From contig CM102290.1 in the NCBI GenBank assembly GCA_046563655.1, positions 15,190,001 to 15,254,000 of the forward strand: a DNA stretch of 64,000 nt. The letters run 5' to 3'. The notes below the pieces were generated by a model. The model did no database searches and was not told where the DNA came from. It saw only the letters and a list, made by a program, of their open reading frames with translations. Within the stretch, counting starts at the first letter, position 1. The number at the start of each line of letters is the position of its first letter. Of the stretch, positions 1-13,427 are shown piece by piece. The DNA is from Yuukianura sp. NJ FZ-2021. Lineage: Eukaryota. The translations under genes were made by a program, and so were the position numbers.

Positions 1-582
1 CCCTTCCAGGAGACAGAAGAAGGCTCTCCCAATCAAATGATTCTGATCGTACATGAGTATTTTATCTGCAGTGGAGTACAAAAGTGTGGCTTTGTGGAAC
101 AGTTCCTTCTTCTTGTCCTTTTGTTTCTCCTTGGCAGCCACTTTCATGTAGTATGCTGCCAGACTGTCCAGGATCCTCATGTGTTCTGTGTCATTTCCCT
201 TCTCCATGTGCACAGCGTCTCTCCTCCAGTTCTCCAGAATCTTGGCATAGTCCTCTCCTCTGCCTTGCTTGTAGTACTCGATCTAATAAGTAAAAGTGAT
301 TGATTACTAAGATGTAAGAAGTGATGAGTGTTAAGAGTAGGAACTTACAGCGACATTGAACCATACTCCCATGACAGCATTTTCCTGTTTGAGGATGGAG
401 CTGATTTCAGCCTCATCTGGAAGGGGTTGAGAGCAGTCTAGTTCGATAACCTAGAAGTGATGGATTTAAGTGTGAGTTAGATGTAAAGAGTAATTGATAA
501 TTGGTTTGATCAAAGGAACAATCACCTCTAGAGAGTCCCCGTGCAAGGGGATCTCCACTGTATTTCCCTGTTGGAACAGCAT
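1..582 (-). CDS. CTR9: RNA polymerase-associated protein CTR9 (PAF1 complex), 5' partial; exons 582-526, 450-349, 282-<1
   Basis: Absent from the ORF track. Manual splicing from gccaccATG gives MLFQQGNTVEIPLHGDSLE|VIELDCSQPLPDEAEISSILKQE..VWFNVA|IEYYKQG...ILDSLAAYY...ATLLYSTADKILMYDQNHLIGRAFFCLLEG, matching the CTR9 N-terminus; GT-AG introns. Confidence 0.95.
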
Positions 583-756
583 GGTGGCTACCAAAGTGCC
601 GGTAGAAGTTGAAGGCCTACCCCTGGCCTAATGGGACATGAACACTTTATGAAAACGTATGTTGATTGCTACTGTTGACAACTGACACTCACAATCACTG
701 TTCACAATCACTCAATTAGTAATCGTTGATTAGACGAAGACGAAGTGTAGACAGAC

Positions 757-1078
757 GGGTCTGACTATTCCTCGGAATCCTCGGAAACCCCGGAATCCTC
801 GGAATTTTTTTCTATTCCTCGGAATCCTGGAATTTTTTTTTTTCGAATTCCTCGGAATTACTTCCCCGTTACTTCCCCAGCCGGGGAAATGCTGGGGAAG
901 TGTGGGGAAATGAACAATAAGAATTCGTAGGCCTCTGGAATTTTCAAAAAGTGCACAGGTCACCCCAAGGTCAGCATTTCGACTTTTTTGAATTCCTCGG
1001 AATTTCTTCCCCATTACTTCCCCAGCCGGGGAAATGCTGGGGAAGTGTGGGGAAATGAAAAATAAGAATAAGAATAAA
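757..1078. mobile_element. Truncated copy of a CCTCGGAA-repeat MITE (family A), cut off by the satellite
   Basis: Starts with GGGTCTGACTATTCCTCGGAATCCTCGGAA, as does the complete copy at 16620-16924; the right-hand TIR is missing. Confidence 0.8.
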
Positions 1079-4000
1079 CTCATATGAATCTCATACGAAT
1101 GTCATACGAATCTCATACGAATCTCATACGAATGTCATACGAATCTCATACGAATCTCCTACGAATGTTATACGAATGTCATACGAATCCCATATGAATG
1201 TCGTATGAATCTCATACGAATGTCATACGAATCTCATACGAATCTCATACGAATCTCATACGAATCTCATACGAATGTCACACGAATCTCATACGAATCT
1301 CATACGAATCTCATACGAATCTCATATGAATCTCATACGAATCTCATACGAATCTCATACGAATCTCATATGAATCTCATATGAATGTCATACGAATCTC
1401 ATATGAATGTCATATGAATGGCATACGAATGTCATACGAATCTCATACGAATCTCATATGAATGTCATATGAATGTCATATGAATGGCATACGAATCTCA
1501 TACGAATGTCATATGAATGTCATATGAATGGCATACGAATGTCATATGAATCTCATACGAATCTCATATGAATGTCATATGAACGGCATACGAATGTCAT
1601 ATGAATGTCATATGAATGGCATACGAATGTCATATGAATCTCATACGAATCTCATATGAATGTCATATGAATGGCATACGAATGTCATATGAATCTCATA
1701 CGAATGTCATATGAATGGCATACGAATGTCATATGAATCTCATACGAATGTCATATGAATGGCATACGAATGTCATATGAATCTCATACGAATCTCATAT
1801 GAATGTCATATGAATGGCATACGAATGTCATATGAATCTCATACGAATGTCATATGAATGGCATACGAATGTCATATGAATCTCATACGAATGTCATATG
1901 AATGGCATACGAATGTCATATGAATCTCATACGAATCTCATATGAATGTCATATGAATGTCATATGAATGTCATATGAATGTCATATGAATGTCATATGA
2001 ATGGCATACGAATGTCATATGAATCTCATACGAATCTCATATGAATGTCATATGAATGTCATATGAATGTCATATGAATGGCATACGAATGTCATATGAA
2101 TCTCATACGAATCTCATATGAATGTCATATGAATGTCATATGAATGGCATACGAATGTCATATGAATCTCATACGAATCTCATATGAATCTCATATGAAT
2201 GTCATACGAATGTCATATGAATCTCATACGAATCTCATACGAATGTCATATGAATGTCATATGAATGGCATACGAATGTCATACGAATCTCATACGAATG
2301 TCATATGAATGTCGTATGAATCTCATACGAATGTCATACGAATCTCATACGAATCTCATACGAATCTCATACGAATCTCATACGAATGTCACACGAATCT
2401 CATACGAATCTCATACGAATCTCATACGAATCTCATATGAATCTCATACGAATCTCATACGAATCTCATACGAATCTCATATGAATCTCATATGAATGTC
2501 ATACGAATCTCATATGAATGTCATATGAATGGCATACGAATGTCATACGAATCTCATACGAATCTCATATGAATGTCATATGAATGTCATATGAATGGCA
2601 TACGAATCTCATACGAATGTCATATGAATGTCATATGAATGGCATACGAATGTCATATGAATCTCATACGAATCTCATATGAATGTCATATGAACGGCAT
2701 ACGAATCTCATACGAATGTCATATGAATGTCATATGAATGGCATACGAATGTCATATGAATCTCATACGAATCTCATATGAATGTCATATGAATGTCATA
2801 TGAATGGCATATGAATCTCATACGAATCTCATATGAATGTCATATGAATGTCATATGAATGGCATACGAATGTCATGAATCTCATACGAATCTCATATGA
2901 ATGTCATATGAATGGCATACGAATGTCATACGAATCTCATACGAATCTCATATGAATGTCACATGAATGTCATATGAATGGCATACGAATGTCATATGAA
3001 TCTCATACGAATGTCATATGAATGTCATATGAATGGCATACGAATGTCATACGAATCTCATATGAATGTCATATGAATGGCATACGAATGTCATACGAAT
3101 CTCATATGAATCTCATATGAATGTCATACGAATCTCATATGAATGTCATATGAATGGCATACGAATGTCATACGAATCTCATACGAATCTCATATGAATG
3201 TCATATGAATGTCATATGAATGGCATACGAATGTCATATGAATCTCATACGAATCTCATACGAATGTCATATGAATGTCATATGAATGGCATACGAATGT
3301 CATACGAATCTCATACGAATGTCATATGAATGTCATATGAATGGCATACGAATGTCATATGAATCTCATACGAATCTCATATGAATGTCATATGAACGGC
3401 ATACGAATCTCATTCGAATGTCATATGAATGTCATATGAATGGCATACGAATGTCATATGAATCTCATACGAATCTCATATGAATGTCATATGAACGGCA
3501 TACGAATGTCATATGAATCTCATATGAATGTCATATGAATGTCATATGAATGGCATACGAATGTCATATGAATCTCATACGAATGTCATATGAATGGCAT
3601 ACGAATGTCATATGAATCTCATACGAATCTCATATGAATGTCATATGAATGTCATATGAATGGCATACGAATGTCATATGAATCTCATACGAATCTCATA
3701 TGAATGTCATATGAATGTCATATGAATGTCATATGAATGTCATATGAATGGCATACGAATGTCATATGAATCTCATACGAATGTCATATGAATGTCATAT
3801 GAATGTCATATGAATGGCATACGAATGTCATATGAATCTCATACGAATCTCATATGAATGTCATATGAATGTCATATGAATGGCATACGAATGTCATATG
3901 AATCTCATACGAATCTCATATGAATCTCATATGAATGTCATATGAATGTCATATGAATGGCATACGAATGTCATATGAATCTCATACGAATCTCATATGA

Positions 4001-4380
4001 ATGTCATATGAATGTCATATGAATGTCATATGAATGGCATACGAATGTCATATGAATCTCTTACGAATCTCATATGAATGTCATATGAATGGCATACGAA
4101 TGTCATATGAATCTCATACGAATCTCATATGAATGTCATATGAATGTCATATGAATCTCATACGAATCTCATATGAATGTCATATGAATGTCATATGAAT
4201 GTCATATGAATGGCATACGAATGTCATATGAATCTCATACGAATCTCATATGAATGTCATATGAATGGCATACGAATGTCATATGAATCTCATACGAATC
4301 TCATATGAATGTCATATGAATGTCATATGAATCTCATACGAATCTCATATGAATCTCATACGAATGTCATACGAATCTCA
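1079..4380. repeat. Tandem satellite, 11-bp unit GAAT(CT/GT/GG)CATA(C/T), about 300 copies
   Basis: Continuous array of gaatctcatac / gaatgtcatat / gaatggcatac variants; many units contain the palindrome TCATATGA. Confidence 0.99.
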
Positions 4381-7300
4381 ATCTCAATCTAATTTTCGTT
4401 TTTGGAAGTGATCGTGTTTGATTGTGGACCATTCTGTTGCTCGTCTTGTTACCAGGGGAAGTCCGTTTTCTTTGTGTGTAAAACGATGGAGCGAAATAGA
4501 GAGCCCTTATCTCCTAGGTTTACAACATAAAGTACCTCCATCCCCTGCAGAAACTAACTTGCTCTTCTTTGCAACGTCCACTTTCTGGTACCTTCTGTTC
4601 AAACACGACTTCTCAAAAACAAATTTTCAACACAGTCACTTTCACCCGCATTCTAAGCAAAATTCAAATTTTCAAATTTCAAGTCAAAACTAAATAAAAC
4701 AATAGCATAAGTTCTTATTTTGAACAAACTGAGTTTCAACATTTGCCTACTTACGTGAAAAACATCTTGAAAAGTGATTCATTTTGGAGTGTGACAAAAA
4801 TGGTTGTTTTTTCTCGATTGCGGTTTTGGTGCTTTGAAGATGAAAACTTGATTTTGGGGCGTTATAAGGCGTTTGTTTCTGTAGAAACCAAATATCTTGG
4901 TTTTGAAAATAAGTTTTGAATGTACAGAAGCAGCAGGCAACTTTGAGTGAAAGGAAATGGGGAGTTTGGAGTTGAAAATTAAGTTTTTGGGAGAAAGTTG
5001 AATTTGGCGAGAGAAAGTGGTTGTTTGAAGATTGTTTTTGAACAGGGTGATGATTGGTTCTGGTCCATAGGAAATGAGGATGCCGGAGTCTAGCAGAGTA
5101 GAGTTTATTCTTCCTCAAAAGACTTAACCTCCGTATTTCTGGAGATTTCAAACCTATTAAATCTGCAAAAACTCAGGATTTAATCGGTCCTGTTCCTTTT
5201 TGTGTGTGACTGGCTTTCACGCTACGAGATCCTCATTTCTGTAGGTAGACTTTCACTTTTGTTTGCATTTGAACAAACCTTAATCTTAACAGTACCGTAC
5301 AACTTCTGCTTTCTCCTCCCACAGCATCAAGAAAAGAACTTTTACTATTTTGTACTTCTCCTTTATCATTAGTTTGCCAGTCCATTCAATGAGAAAAAGT
5401 TTATTTTTGGCGGGCATTTTGGATTGTGCTGGCGTAGTGGCAACTTAAGGCTCTACGTGTGCACCCTTGACATTTCACTTTTCGGTTTAGAGAAAAAGTT
5501 TGACTTTTTTTTTGGGGTGGGGGGGGGGGGAGTAGTGAAAGGGAAGCCCCGTGCTGTGAAAAAACTTTTTCTGGTAATGGAAGAAGAAATTGGGCCTTAA
5601 CGGCTGTTACAGTCCCAAATTATGACATGCATTCAGCCTAACATCTCAAACGACCTTCAAAATTTTCTCTTACTCTCCCCTCTCTTTGCTTAATATTGGA
5701 CAAAAACAGGAGAAAGTTGTGGTTTTCTGTGAAAGACGACAATGTTCTCCTCATTTCGTTTTGTGTAGTTCATGCACTCAGGATTTGGAAAATAACACTA
5801 TTATGATTGAAAATAGCCAGAAAAACTGAGATTTAAAAAACAAGTTTTTGGGGATGATATGAAGCTCTAAAAAAAACTTGAGCAATATTCATTAACTCCT
5901 CTTCGTTTTTTATACTTTGGATTTTTTGCTCTTCTGTTCGTGCTGAGGCCCAATTTAGTTTTATAGGAGAAAGTAGAAGTTTGAACATTTTGATTATTAC
6001 GTTATCAGCTTTTAGGTTTTTATGCTTTTAAGCATGGAGTAAACACAAGCATATGCTCAGAAACTTTACCGTTCAGACTCACTTTCTTCTTCCATCAATT
6101 TGTTGGACTTGTCTGAAAACAACATTTTTAAAATAAAATAATAGGAAAAATAAAATAATAAAACTATAGGTCGCTTTCTCTTGCATGTTAAGCCTTGGTT
6201 TACATTTTTCTGATTTTTAAACTAGATTGATGAAGTTGAAAATCAAAGTCACAGGAACATATTCATGTTAAGAAAACTGAAAAAAAAAAGTTTTCCATGA
6301 AAAATGTAGTTTTGACTGAAGTTTTGGATGAATGTTACAAAATTATTAGATGGGAGTTAGTTTTCGTTTTTTTTTAAAATCTTTTGCTCAGTTCCTTAGT
6401 GATTTCCTGAAATAATTTTTCGTCTTTTTTTTTTTGGTTCGGGCCATTTCTTAGCTTGTACTTTCCTCCGCCCACGCCCTCGGCCTTGCTGGTCATGTCC
6501 TCCTGATGTAAAATTTGTGTTTTGTTGTCCATTAGTGAAAGCAAGAGAGAAAACAGTTGCAGATGGAAAGTTTTAGAGACGCAGAGAAAAAGTGTCTGTA
6601 GGCATGGAAACCCTCCCACCCAATCACTCTTCCTCCCACAGAAACCAAATGACACAGAGCAGAAGAAGCTGCTTTTCGATCCTCATTGAACACAACTACT
6701 TTGTGTTAAAAATTCATGACAAAAATGAAAATTTCAAAAGTTGACCTCATGTCCAAAAACTACATTTTTCTTAGAAATGAAACAGTCTGAGTCAGCAGCG
6801 ATAGTTTTTAGTGAGTGACGAAATTAAGGGTGCGTGACATGGCCTTACGGTGGTGGCTTTGCTTAAGTTGAAGTAAGAACTAAGGACGTTGGATCGAGAA
6901 GCTGGAGACGGTTGGTTGTGAATATTTAATAATTTGAGAACTCCTGGGTTTTTTGAGACTTTGGAATGTTAGTTGTGGTTAGGTTTCTTATAGGAGAAAG
7001 CAGCAGGGTTCATTTTGGCGGAAGAAGAGGCGGTTTTAATAAATTGAGTCTCATGTAAACCTACATTTCTGGAAGAAGAGACCACATTAGGAAGTAATTG
7101 AAATCGGAGGGAGAGGAGTATGGTGAAAATCAAGTGGATCCACAGCCAAAAGTAAAGAGTGTTGCAAAGTATGTCTAAGTGGCGGGAAAAGTTACATCAA
7201 CTTAAATTCCAAGTTTTTGAAATTTTAGGTAAAGAGTTACAACCACAAGTTTTGAATTTTAGGGGAAAGTAATGCCGGGAAAAGTGTTAGACGGATTGTA

Positions 7301-9026
7301 CTTTGTAATAATTTAAATGTAACAGATTTATCTGAGTACTTTCTCCAAGGAAAGAGAGAAAAAGAGATGGTGGCTGGAGAAACTATTTTGAAAAATAAGT
7401 AAAACTGGGAGCATTTATTATTGAAGCGTTAGTTATGGTCGTATTCAGGCGGTTCACCGCCACTTGACTACTTTCTCCTCATTACTTTTTCCTCTACCAC
7501 TAACAATCTTTCATGACTAACCTAACATAAAACAACATAATCTTAAGACTTACCTGGAAAAAACATAACCTAACTTTCTAACTTTTGGGTTTAGATTATG
7601 TTCCTAATGACCAACACGATTTTACTACTTGAAGTTTATGTTCCCACGGTCCATGTCTACAAAAGTTACGACTGTCGGTGAAACTTTTCCCGCCTCCAGG
7701 CTGCTTCTTAATTTCTGCCTCTGTAGTAACTTACACGATCTCACAGAAAGTAAAAACTTCTTTCTGACCTGAGATTAGGAAACTATTGAACATAGCTGAA
7801 CAAAAAGGCAAAAATTTTAAACACAACAAGGTGAAAGTCTAACCAAAGGTGTACGCATTCAAAAACTGCGTACTATACAACAAAACCTGTAAACTGCGCA
7901 TGAATAATTAAAGGTTTTGTGGGAGATGTTGTGCACCACATAAAGTTGGGGTAGGCTAAGCCTCAAGGTTGGTTTAAGGTAGGCTAAGGATTAGGTTTTA
8001 AGTTTGGGTAAGCTTTTAGGTTATGGCTGAAACGAAGGAAGATGGAAGTGCGTAATGATGAAAGTTTGTTAGGTTAGGGTAGGAGAAAGTGCTCAAGAAG
8101 ATGTTCCGTTAGGTTAATGTCCCTGTGTTGGTTGTCTGTAATTAATTAAGAGACTTCCTCAATTCACCCTCCGAACAGACTTAATCATTGTGCAAAAGTA
8201 AAATTCTCACACTACAAGGATTACAAGTCCATTTCCAAAACTTCATGCACTAGTAAGGTGAGGAAACTGAGGAAACCAGGGTTATTAGCTTCCTTGAAAT
8301 TCCACAACTACATTGTTTTCAAGAGAACAAAAGAGAAAGGGAATTGAAACTTGTTGAAAATAAAACTTGCATTGTGGAGAAAGTTAATTTCGAGGTGGGT
8401 TTATGTCTGTGAAATTTCAAAATTACAAGTCTTTGAAATTGAAATGTTTTCAACGCAAGATCTTCGAAATGCTTAACATTTTCTCATTGGGAGGAGAAAG
8501 TGGAGTTTTGATTTTGAGTTAACAGGGAGTAAATGTGTTGGAAAATGTTAATTTAGTAACTAAATTTTAGCTAGTAGTTGGAGGGAGAGTTTTGAAATTT
8601 AGAGCAAGGAAATAATTTTGTTTTCGAGGTCGTTTCTCTTCTTGAAACTTCACTTTTTCTTAAATTTTCTTTTTTTTTAGAACACAGAAAGTGGAGCGTT
8701 GTGAAATTCCTGGTGCTGGGGGAAAGTGGGGAGGGGCGGGAGGAAATATTTATGGGAATGGTTTCAACTTCCTCCTCTTTGCTTTCTCCAAATGGCTTTT
8801 ACAGCAAGGACTTTCTCCCTCTTCTTCCGGTTCACAGAGTAATTATAAGCACAGACCAAAATACTAAACACACTTTTAATTTAAAATTTAATAAATCAAA
8901 TTTATTTTTATGAATTAATTTTTGAATTTATTTATTAAATCATTAATTAAATGAATTTAATTAAGATTTTTGAAATTAATGAAATAATTAAGGTTTATTA
9001 TATTACATTGATTTATATTTTACTAA

Positions 9027-9323
9027 TTACTGTCTAGCTTCATGTTCACGCCTTTGCTTGCAATTGTGGTCGTTTAAATTCCCTGTCCCTGTGTCAACGT
9101 AGTAACTAAAGACACGATGGCAGTATTTACAAGACAAGCAGTCAGTATCCTGATCATCTTTGAAAATAAGTTGAAATCGTTTCCAAAGTGGAGCTAGCTC
9201 TCTGCCGTTGCTGTTTTCAGTTTTAAACTCACGGCGTATTCTAGTGCTACCCTCTTTGATCAGTTTCGTTAATTCTGCCCTTATCCTATATAAAAATTTG
9301 GGGTAATTGAAAATCAGTAACAA
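9027..9323 (-). mobile_element. BED-type zinc finger ORF, probable remnant of a hAT transposase N-terminus
   Basis: LWKRF...CKYCHRVFSY..TGTGNLNDHNC has the W-x-x-F, CxxC and TxNLxxH-x-C layout of BED fingers; a stop follows shortly with no catalytic domain. Confidence 0.6.
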
Positions 9324-9411
9324 TAAAATAAGCTAATAAATAAATAAGTAGAATAATTACACGAAATTTTCTATCTTTAGTCTTTAAGTTTCACAAAAGT
9401 GTTCATTATTA

Positions 9412-9900
9412 AGTAGCGAAAGTATGAGCTACTTTATGTTTTCCCCCGAGTCTGTCCGTCTGTCCGGGTCAGGGTCAAATGTCAAGGTCAAATAAATTCT
9501 TGACGGAAATTGAAAAAATGATCTCTACAAAAGTTGTTTATCTCATTGTGGTGAACAACTTTTTGTGAAGGTAACCTTGACCTTTGACCTACGGTTCCAG
9601 AGATACTGACGATAGAAGTTGCACAATGGCGTCCCTCGTCCTACTCGGGAAAGCATGACTTACTTTGTGTTTTCCCCCGAGTCTGTCTGTCTGTCCGTCT
9701 GTCTGTCTGCACTACAACTAACTATACCTCCGACATCACTGAAGCGATTTGCAATCTGTCTTCGCAAATCAGTTTATCATAGCCTGAGGGTGATTAATAC
9801 ACGGCTCCGGTTTGACCGGGAGTCGACAATTTCTGGGTTCTGCATTCTAGCTTCCTTTCGCTGCTTACGTACGGCGTTTACTACGGTTTATTATTGTTCA
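9412..9900 (+). mobile_element. Two tandem Helentron/DINE-1-like non-autonomous elements (family B)
   Basis: TACTTTRTGTTTTCCCCCGAGTCTGTC followed by a (GTCY)n microsatellite occurs at about 9430 and 9661. Boundaries are approximate. Confidence 0.55.
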
Positions 9901-10007
9901 ATTTTGAATTAAAAAACATCAAAAAAAAATAAGCGATAAGGCGCAATATGCGGTAGAAACCTCAAAATGCTGTCACTCTTTTCCACGCTATAGCATGGAA
10001 AAGAGAC

Positions 10008-10350
10008 TTTTAGTCTTCTGGAGACGCATGTCTACGACATGCTGAAGAAGACTATTGATACGACTTTGTCCGTCCCGTCCGTCCGTAACATTTTTAGGAC
10101 CATTTCCACTGAAACATAAGCCCCATCACAGTCGGGGGGTTATGTATGGCTCAAGTGTTTTTAGTAGGTCTACATTGCACTCAAAGTCGTACATTAACAA
10201 CGTAGAAGTGGGCGGCTACTTTACGTACCCGCAGTATCGTGGCTCCGCAAAACTGTTTTGGTTTCGATTCCACTCAAAGTATTTATAAACTACGGAGTTT
10301 TGATCCGGTCATTTTCTCGAAGTATGTTTAGTTACGTTGTTAAATTAAGA
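10008..10350 (+). mobile_element. Helentron/DINE-1-like element (family C)
   Basis: T-run, terminal stem-loop AGTCTTC..CATGTC-TAC-GACATG..GAAGACT, then (GTCC)n; a diverged inverted copy lies at 12698-13032. Confidence 0.7.
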
Positions 10351-10644
10351 CTGATTAGAATGTAGAAAATCCGGCTTAAATTCGCAACACGTAAACAGTG
10401 CATCACAAATCAATTCAAATTTGCATTCGCAAGAAATTTTTATAATTTTGATTTTACACAAGTGATTATTCGACTCTATTATAAAAAAAAAAAATAATAT
10501 ATATAATTATAATAATAATTATTATCCACTTGATTTAACACATGGTGCATAGCACGCAAAAAACAATTAAAAAACGGCTCGTGAGACTACCTTAGTAATG
10601 CGGTGTGTCTTTCTGTTTAGTTGCCTTGATATACATGTATTTAA

Positions 10645-10870
10645 CAGTGTTGTTCACGAAAAAGTAGACACCCCAAAATCGTTTCCATGCCATTTTTTGA
10701 AAAATTTGCGATTTTTGGGGGGAGATTGAGACCAACAAACGAAATACGTTTAAACGAATTTATGTTGCCCAGGGTATTTTTTTGAATTTTGGTACTAATA
10801 GCCCCCCAGAATTTTGAAAATAAACAAACTTTTGAGTTTGTTGGTGTCTACTTTTTCGTGAACAGCACTG
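10645..10870. mobile_element. 226-bp MITE with 28-bp TIRs (Tc1/mariner-like CAGTG ends)
   Basis: CAGTGTTGTTCACGAAAAAGTAGACACC ... GGTGTCTACTTTTTCGTGAACAGCACTG, one mismatch; the flanks are not a clean TA duplication. Confidence 0.85.
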
Positions 10871-11410
10871 AAATTAAATAGAAAAATTGTAGTGAAGCAA
10901 CTTCTTTACTTACTTTCTTGAGTTGCCAGTTTGGGAAATTTTAAAACCGGTGCAATTTGTCAGATCGTCGATGTGATTTCCAGAACAAAAAATTTCAATT
11001 TTCATACAATTCTGAGTAACTTGTGCAAAAAATTCGTCGTAAAAAGTTGACGTACGTACTTGATTTTTCCCAGCATGACAAGCAGGACTTAACACATCAA
11101 ACCAACGTAGTAGGTGAAATGGCCGAAAATAATTTGTTCAAAAAGTGAGAAGCTCAACCGTTACAAATGACTTCGTTAGGCAACATTTCCTTATGTTTGA
11201 TCTTTTCACATTTTGACCTTTTTGCTTTCTGAGGACATTGTTTTTTGAAATATTAGCTACACGAAATCGTTGGGTGAATTTGAATGTTATTTTAATCAGA
11301 ACTAAAACGTTGTGTAATTTACTAACAGATTGAGATTATTTTAGCAAAATTAGTTTCTAAGTTTAAATTCGTATTTTAAGTGACCCCGCTCGCTACTTGC
11401 GCAATCACGT

Positions 11411-12220
11411 TTACTTCAACTCTTCTATACCCGCCGTGGCAAGGTCGCCCATCTTGGGATATCTTATTTTCCTTTTGTCTACTAATTCCTCTTGTGCCCA
11501 TAAAATGACTTTCAGAAGGTAGGCCAACTTGGACGCACTTTCATCTGAGTTCTGAATTCCAAGGAACGCTGTATTCAGTTCACTCGCAACTTTTTGACGA
11601 TGAGCAGAGGACAGCAGATCTCCAAACGGAGACGTTTCTGGATCTTCAAAGGCCAGAAGAGCCAAAGTTCTGGGAAAAATTGAATCGTTTTAATCGATTA
11701 ATCTCACACTCACACTTATACTAAAAGTAGTGTTGAAAATTAGGATTTTGTGGTACCGTTCGAGTTCTTCCAGGACAGCAGCATTTTCGATTCCCTGATC
11801 AGACTAGTTTTCTTGTGCGAACTTGAGAGCATCATTAACGTTGCGATGACGAATTTGTTCAATTAGATGTTGTTGTGGTAGATGGAAGAAAAGATATCTG
11901 TTGTCCAAGAGTTCTGGTTGATACGAATTAATCATTTCTACGGCTGATCGAATGTCTCCACTCTTGATTAACTCGAGGATTCGAATACGTTGATCCAACG
12001 TTTCCAGGTCAATCCCCGTCTCTGTTCCTGATTCCAACTGAAACTTCGCAGCAGCATCTTTGAATCCTTCAGTAACCAAATAGTTCATGATTAATTTGTT
12101 GACTTCTGCTCTTGGAATCTCCACGTTCTCAATCTTCTCCATCCTTCGACCTCTGGACGAACTGTCTTCCCGTTCTCGTCCACCGATCAGACGAGGCTGA
12201 GATGGTCCACTGCTGGACAT
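11411..12220 (-). pseudogene. GID8: GID8/TWA1 (CTLH E3 ligase subunit; LisH-CTLH-CRA) copy with an in-frame TAG at 11806-11804
   Basis: [82 protein letters not shown]; one GT-AG intron (about 11755-11672) is retained. Confidence 0.85.
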
Positions 12221-12697
12221 TGTCTGAAAAAAATCAAAACATACGTCAATCAAAACGGATACACAGCATTGTCTTTATTTTCAGTGTTCAACCCTTACCT
12301 TCGGTTTTAACAAAAACACAACTTCACGTGGATCCCGATATTCGTTCTAATCACTTAATTAATGATTAATCGCAATTACTAATCGATTTACTAATCTGAA
12401 ACCTCCGAAGTAACAGGAAAACAGGAAAACACAAACAGAAATGACAAACAGAACAGATGACTCGGTTGGGGTAAGGATTAACGAACGTAATTGTAACCGC
12501 ACGGTTGAGTCACTCCAAAATATTAAGTGGCTACAATGAGTGGCTACCCTTTCGGCAACTTATGTTGCCACTTTATGTTAGGGTAGGCTAAAGTGGCTAC
12601 TTTAGCTGCCACTCTGGTGTAATTACCCATTGTAGCTACTTAAACAAGGTAGGGCGATGCTCAAGGGTTGAGCATTTTCTACCCTCTAGTAAGCACT

Positions 12698-13032
12698 AAA
12701 TTAACAACGTAATTAAACTAACTGTCAGAAAATGACCGGATCAAAACTTCGTTGTTGAAATATATTTTGAGTGTAATTGAAACCAAAACGTTTTCGGGAA
12801 ACGACAACACTGCGGGTGCGTAAAGTGTTCGCCCATTTCCACGCTGTTAATTTTAGAATTTTAGTGCAATGTAGACCTACCGAAAACATGTTGAGGATTA
12901 CATAACTCCCCGAACAAATTGTGGCTAATGTTTCAGCGCAAAAGATCCTAAGAAAGCGAACGGACAGACAGACAAAGTCGTATGAATAGTCTTCTTCAGC
13001 ATGTCTACGACATGTGTCTCCAGAAGGCCAGA
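12698..13032 (-). mobile_element. Helentron/DINE-1-like element (family C), inverted copy
   Basis: Reverse-complement similarity to 10008-10350 along its length (GAAAATGACCGGATCAAAACT, AGTGCAATGTAGACCTAC, AATAGTCTTCTTCAGCATGTCTACGACATG). Confidence 0.75.
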
Positions 13033-13427
13033 AACAATTCTAAATTCTAAAATAATAAAAAGAGGCCATTTTTCGTGTTACCGGAAATAGAAACGGAAAA
13101 AAGAGAAAAAATATTTTTTTTTCGAATTATTCAACAGAAAACGTCCAGATTGTATGACATAATACCCTAACCACGTTTTCTGTTGAAGAATTTGACATGA
13201 AACTTTTTTTTTCTCATTCCTTGGGAGTGGAGCCACGGGTTTGAGTCCATGTCGGGTACTTTTTTTTGGCGTTGCCTTGGCAACCGAAACTACTGTAGAA
13301 AATTTTCTCTTGACATGCAGATTACGCCTGTATTTTTTAAATTCAAAAACTTGACATCCGGTTGGGAATGTTCCCTCGTTAGTTAAATTCTAATCCGAAA
13401 AGTGTCCCCACCCTCTATATTATGTCC

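Noticed and set aside
730..1083. Similar ORFs at 730-1083 (-) and 16573-16932 (+) suggesting a small gene family
   Set aside because: Both are translations of MITE family A repeats.
1079..4380. CRISPR-like array, or coding ORF 2265-2495
   Set aside because: Contiguous 11-bp units with no unique spacers, eukaryotic context and no cas genes; the ORF is a translation of the repeat.
11804..11806. Alternative genetic code (TAG reassigned)
   Set aside because: Single case in a gene with other lesions; PHRF1 terminates normally on TAG and no other gene shows internal stops.
13222..13268. tRNA/SINE-like B-box (GGGTTTGAGTCC) followed by a T-run
   Set aside because: No A-box or cloverleaf could be built; too short to support.
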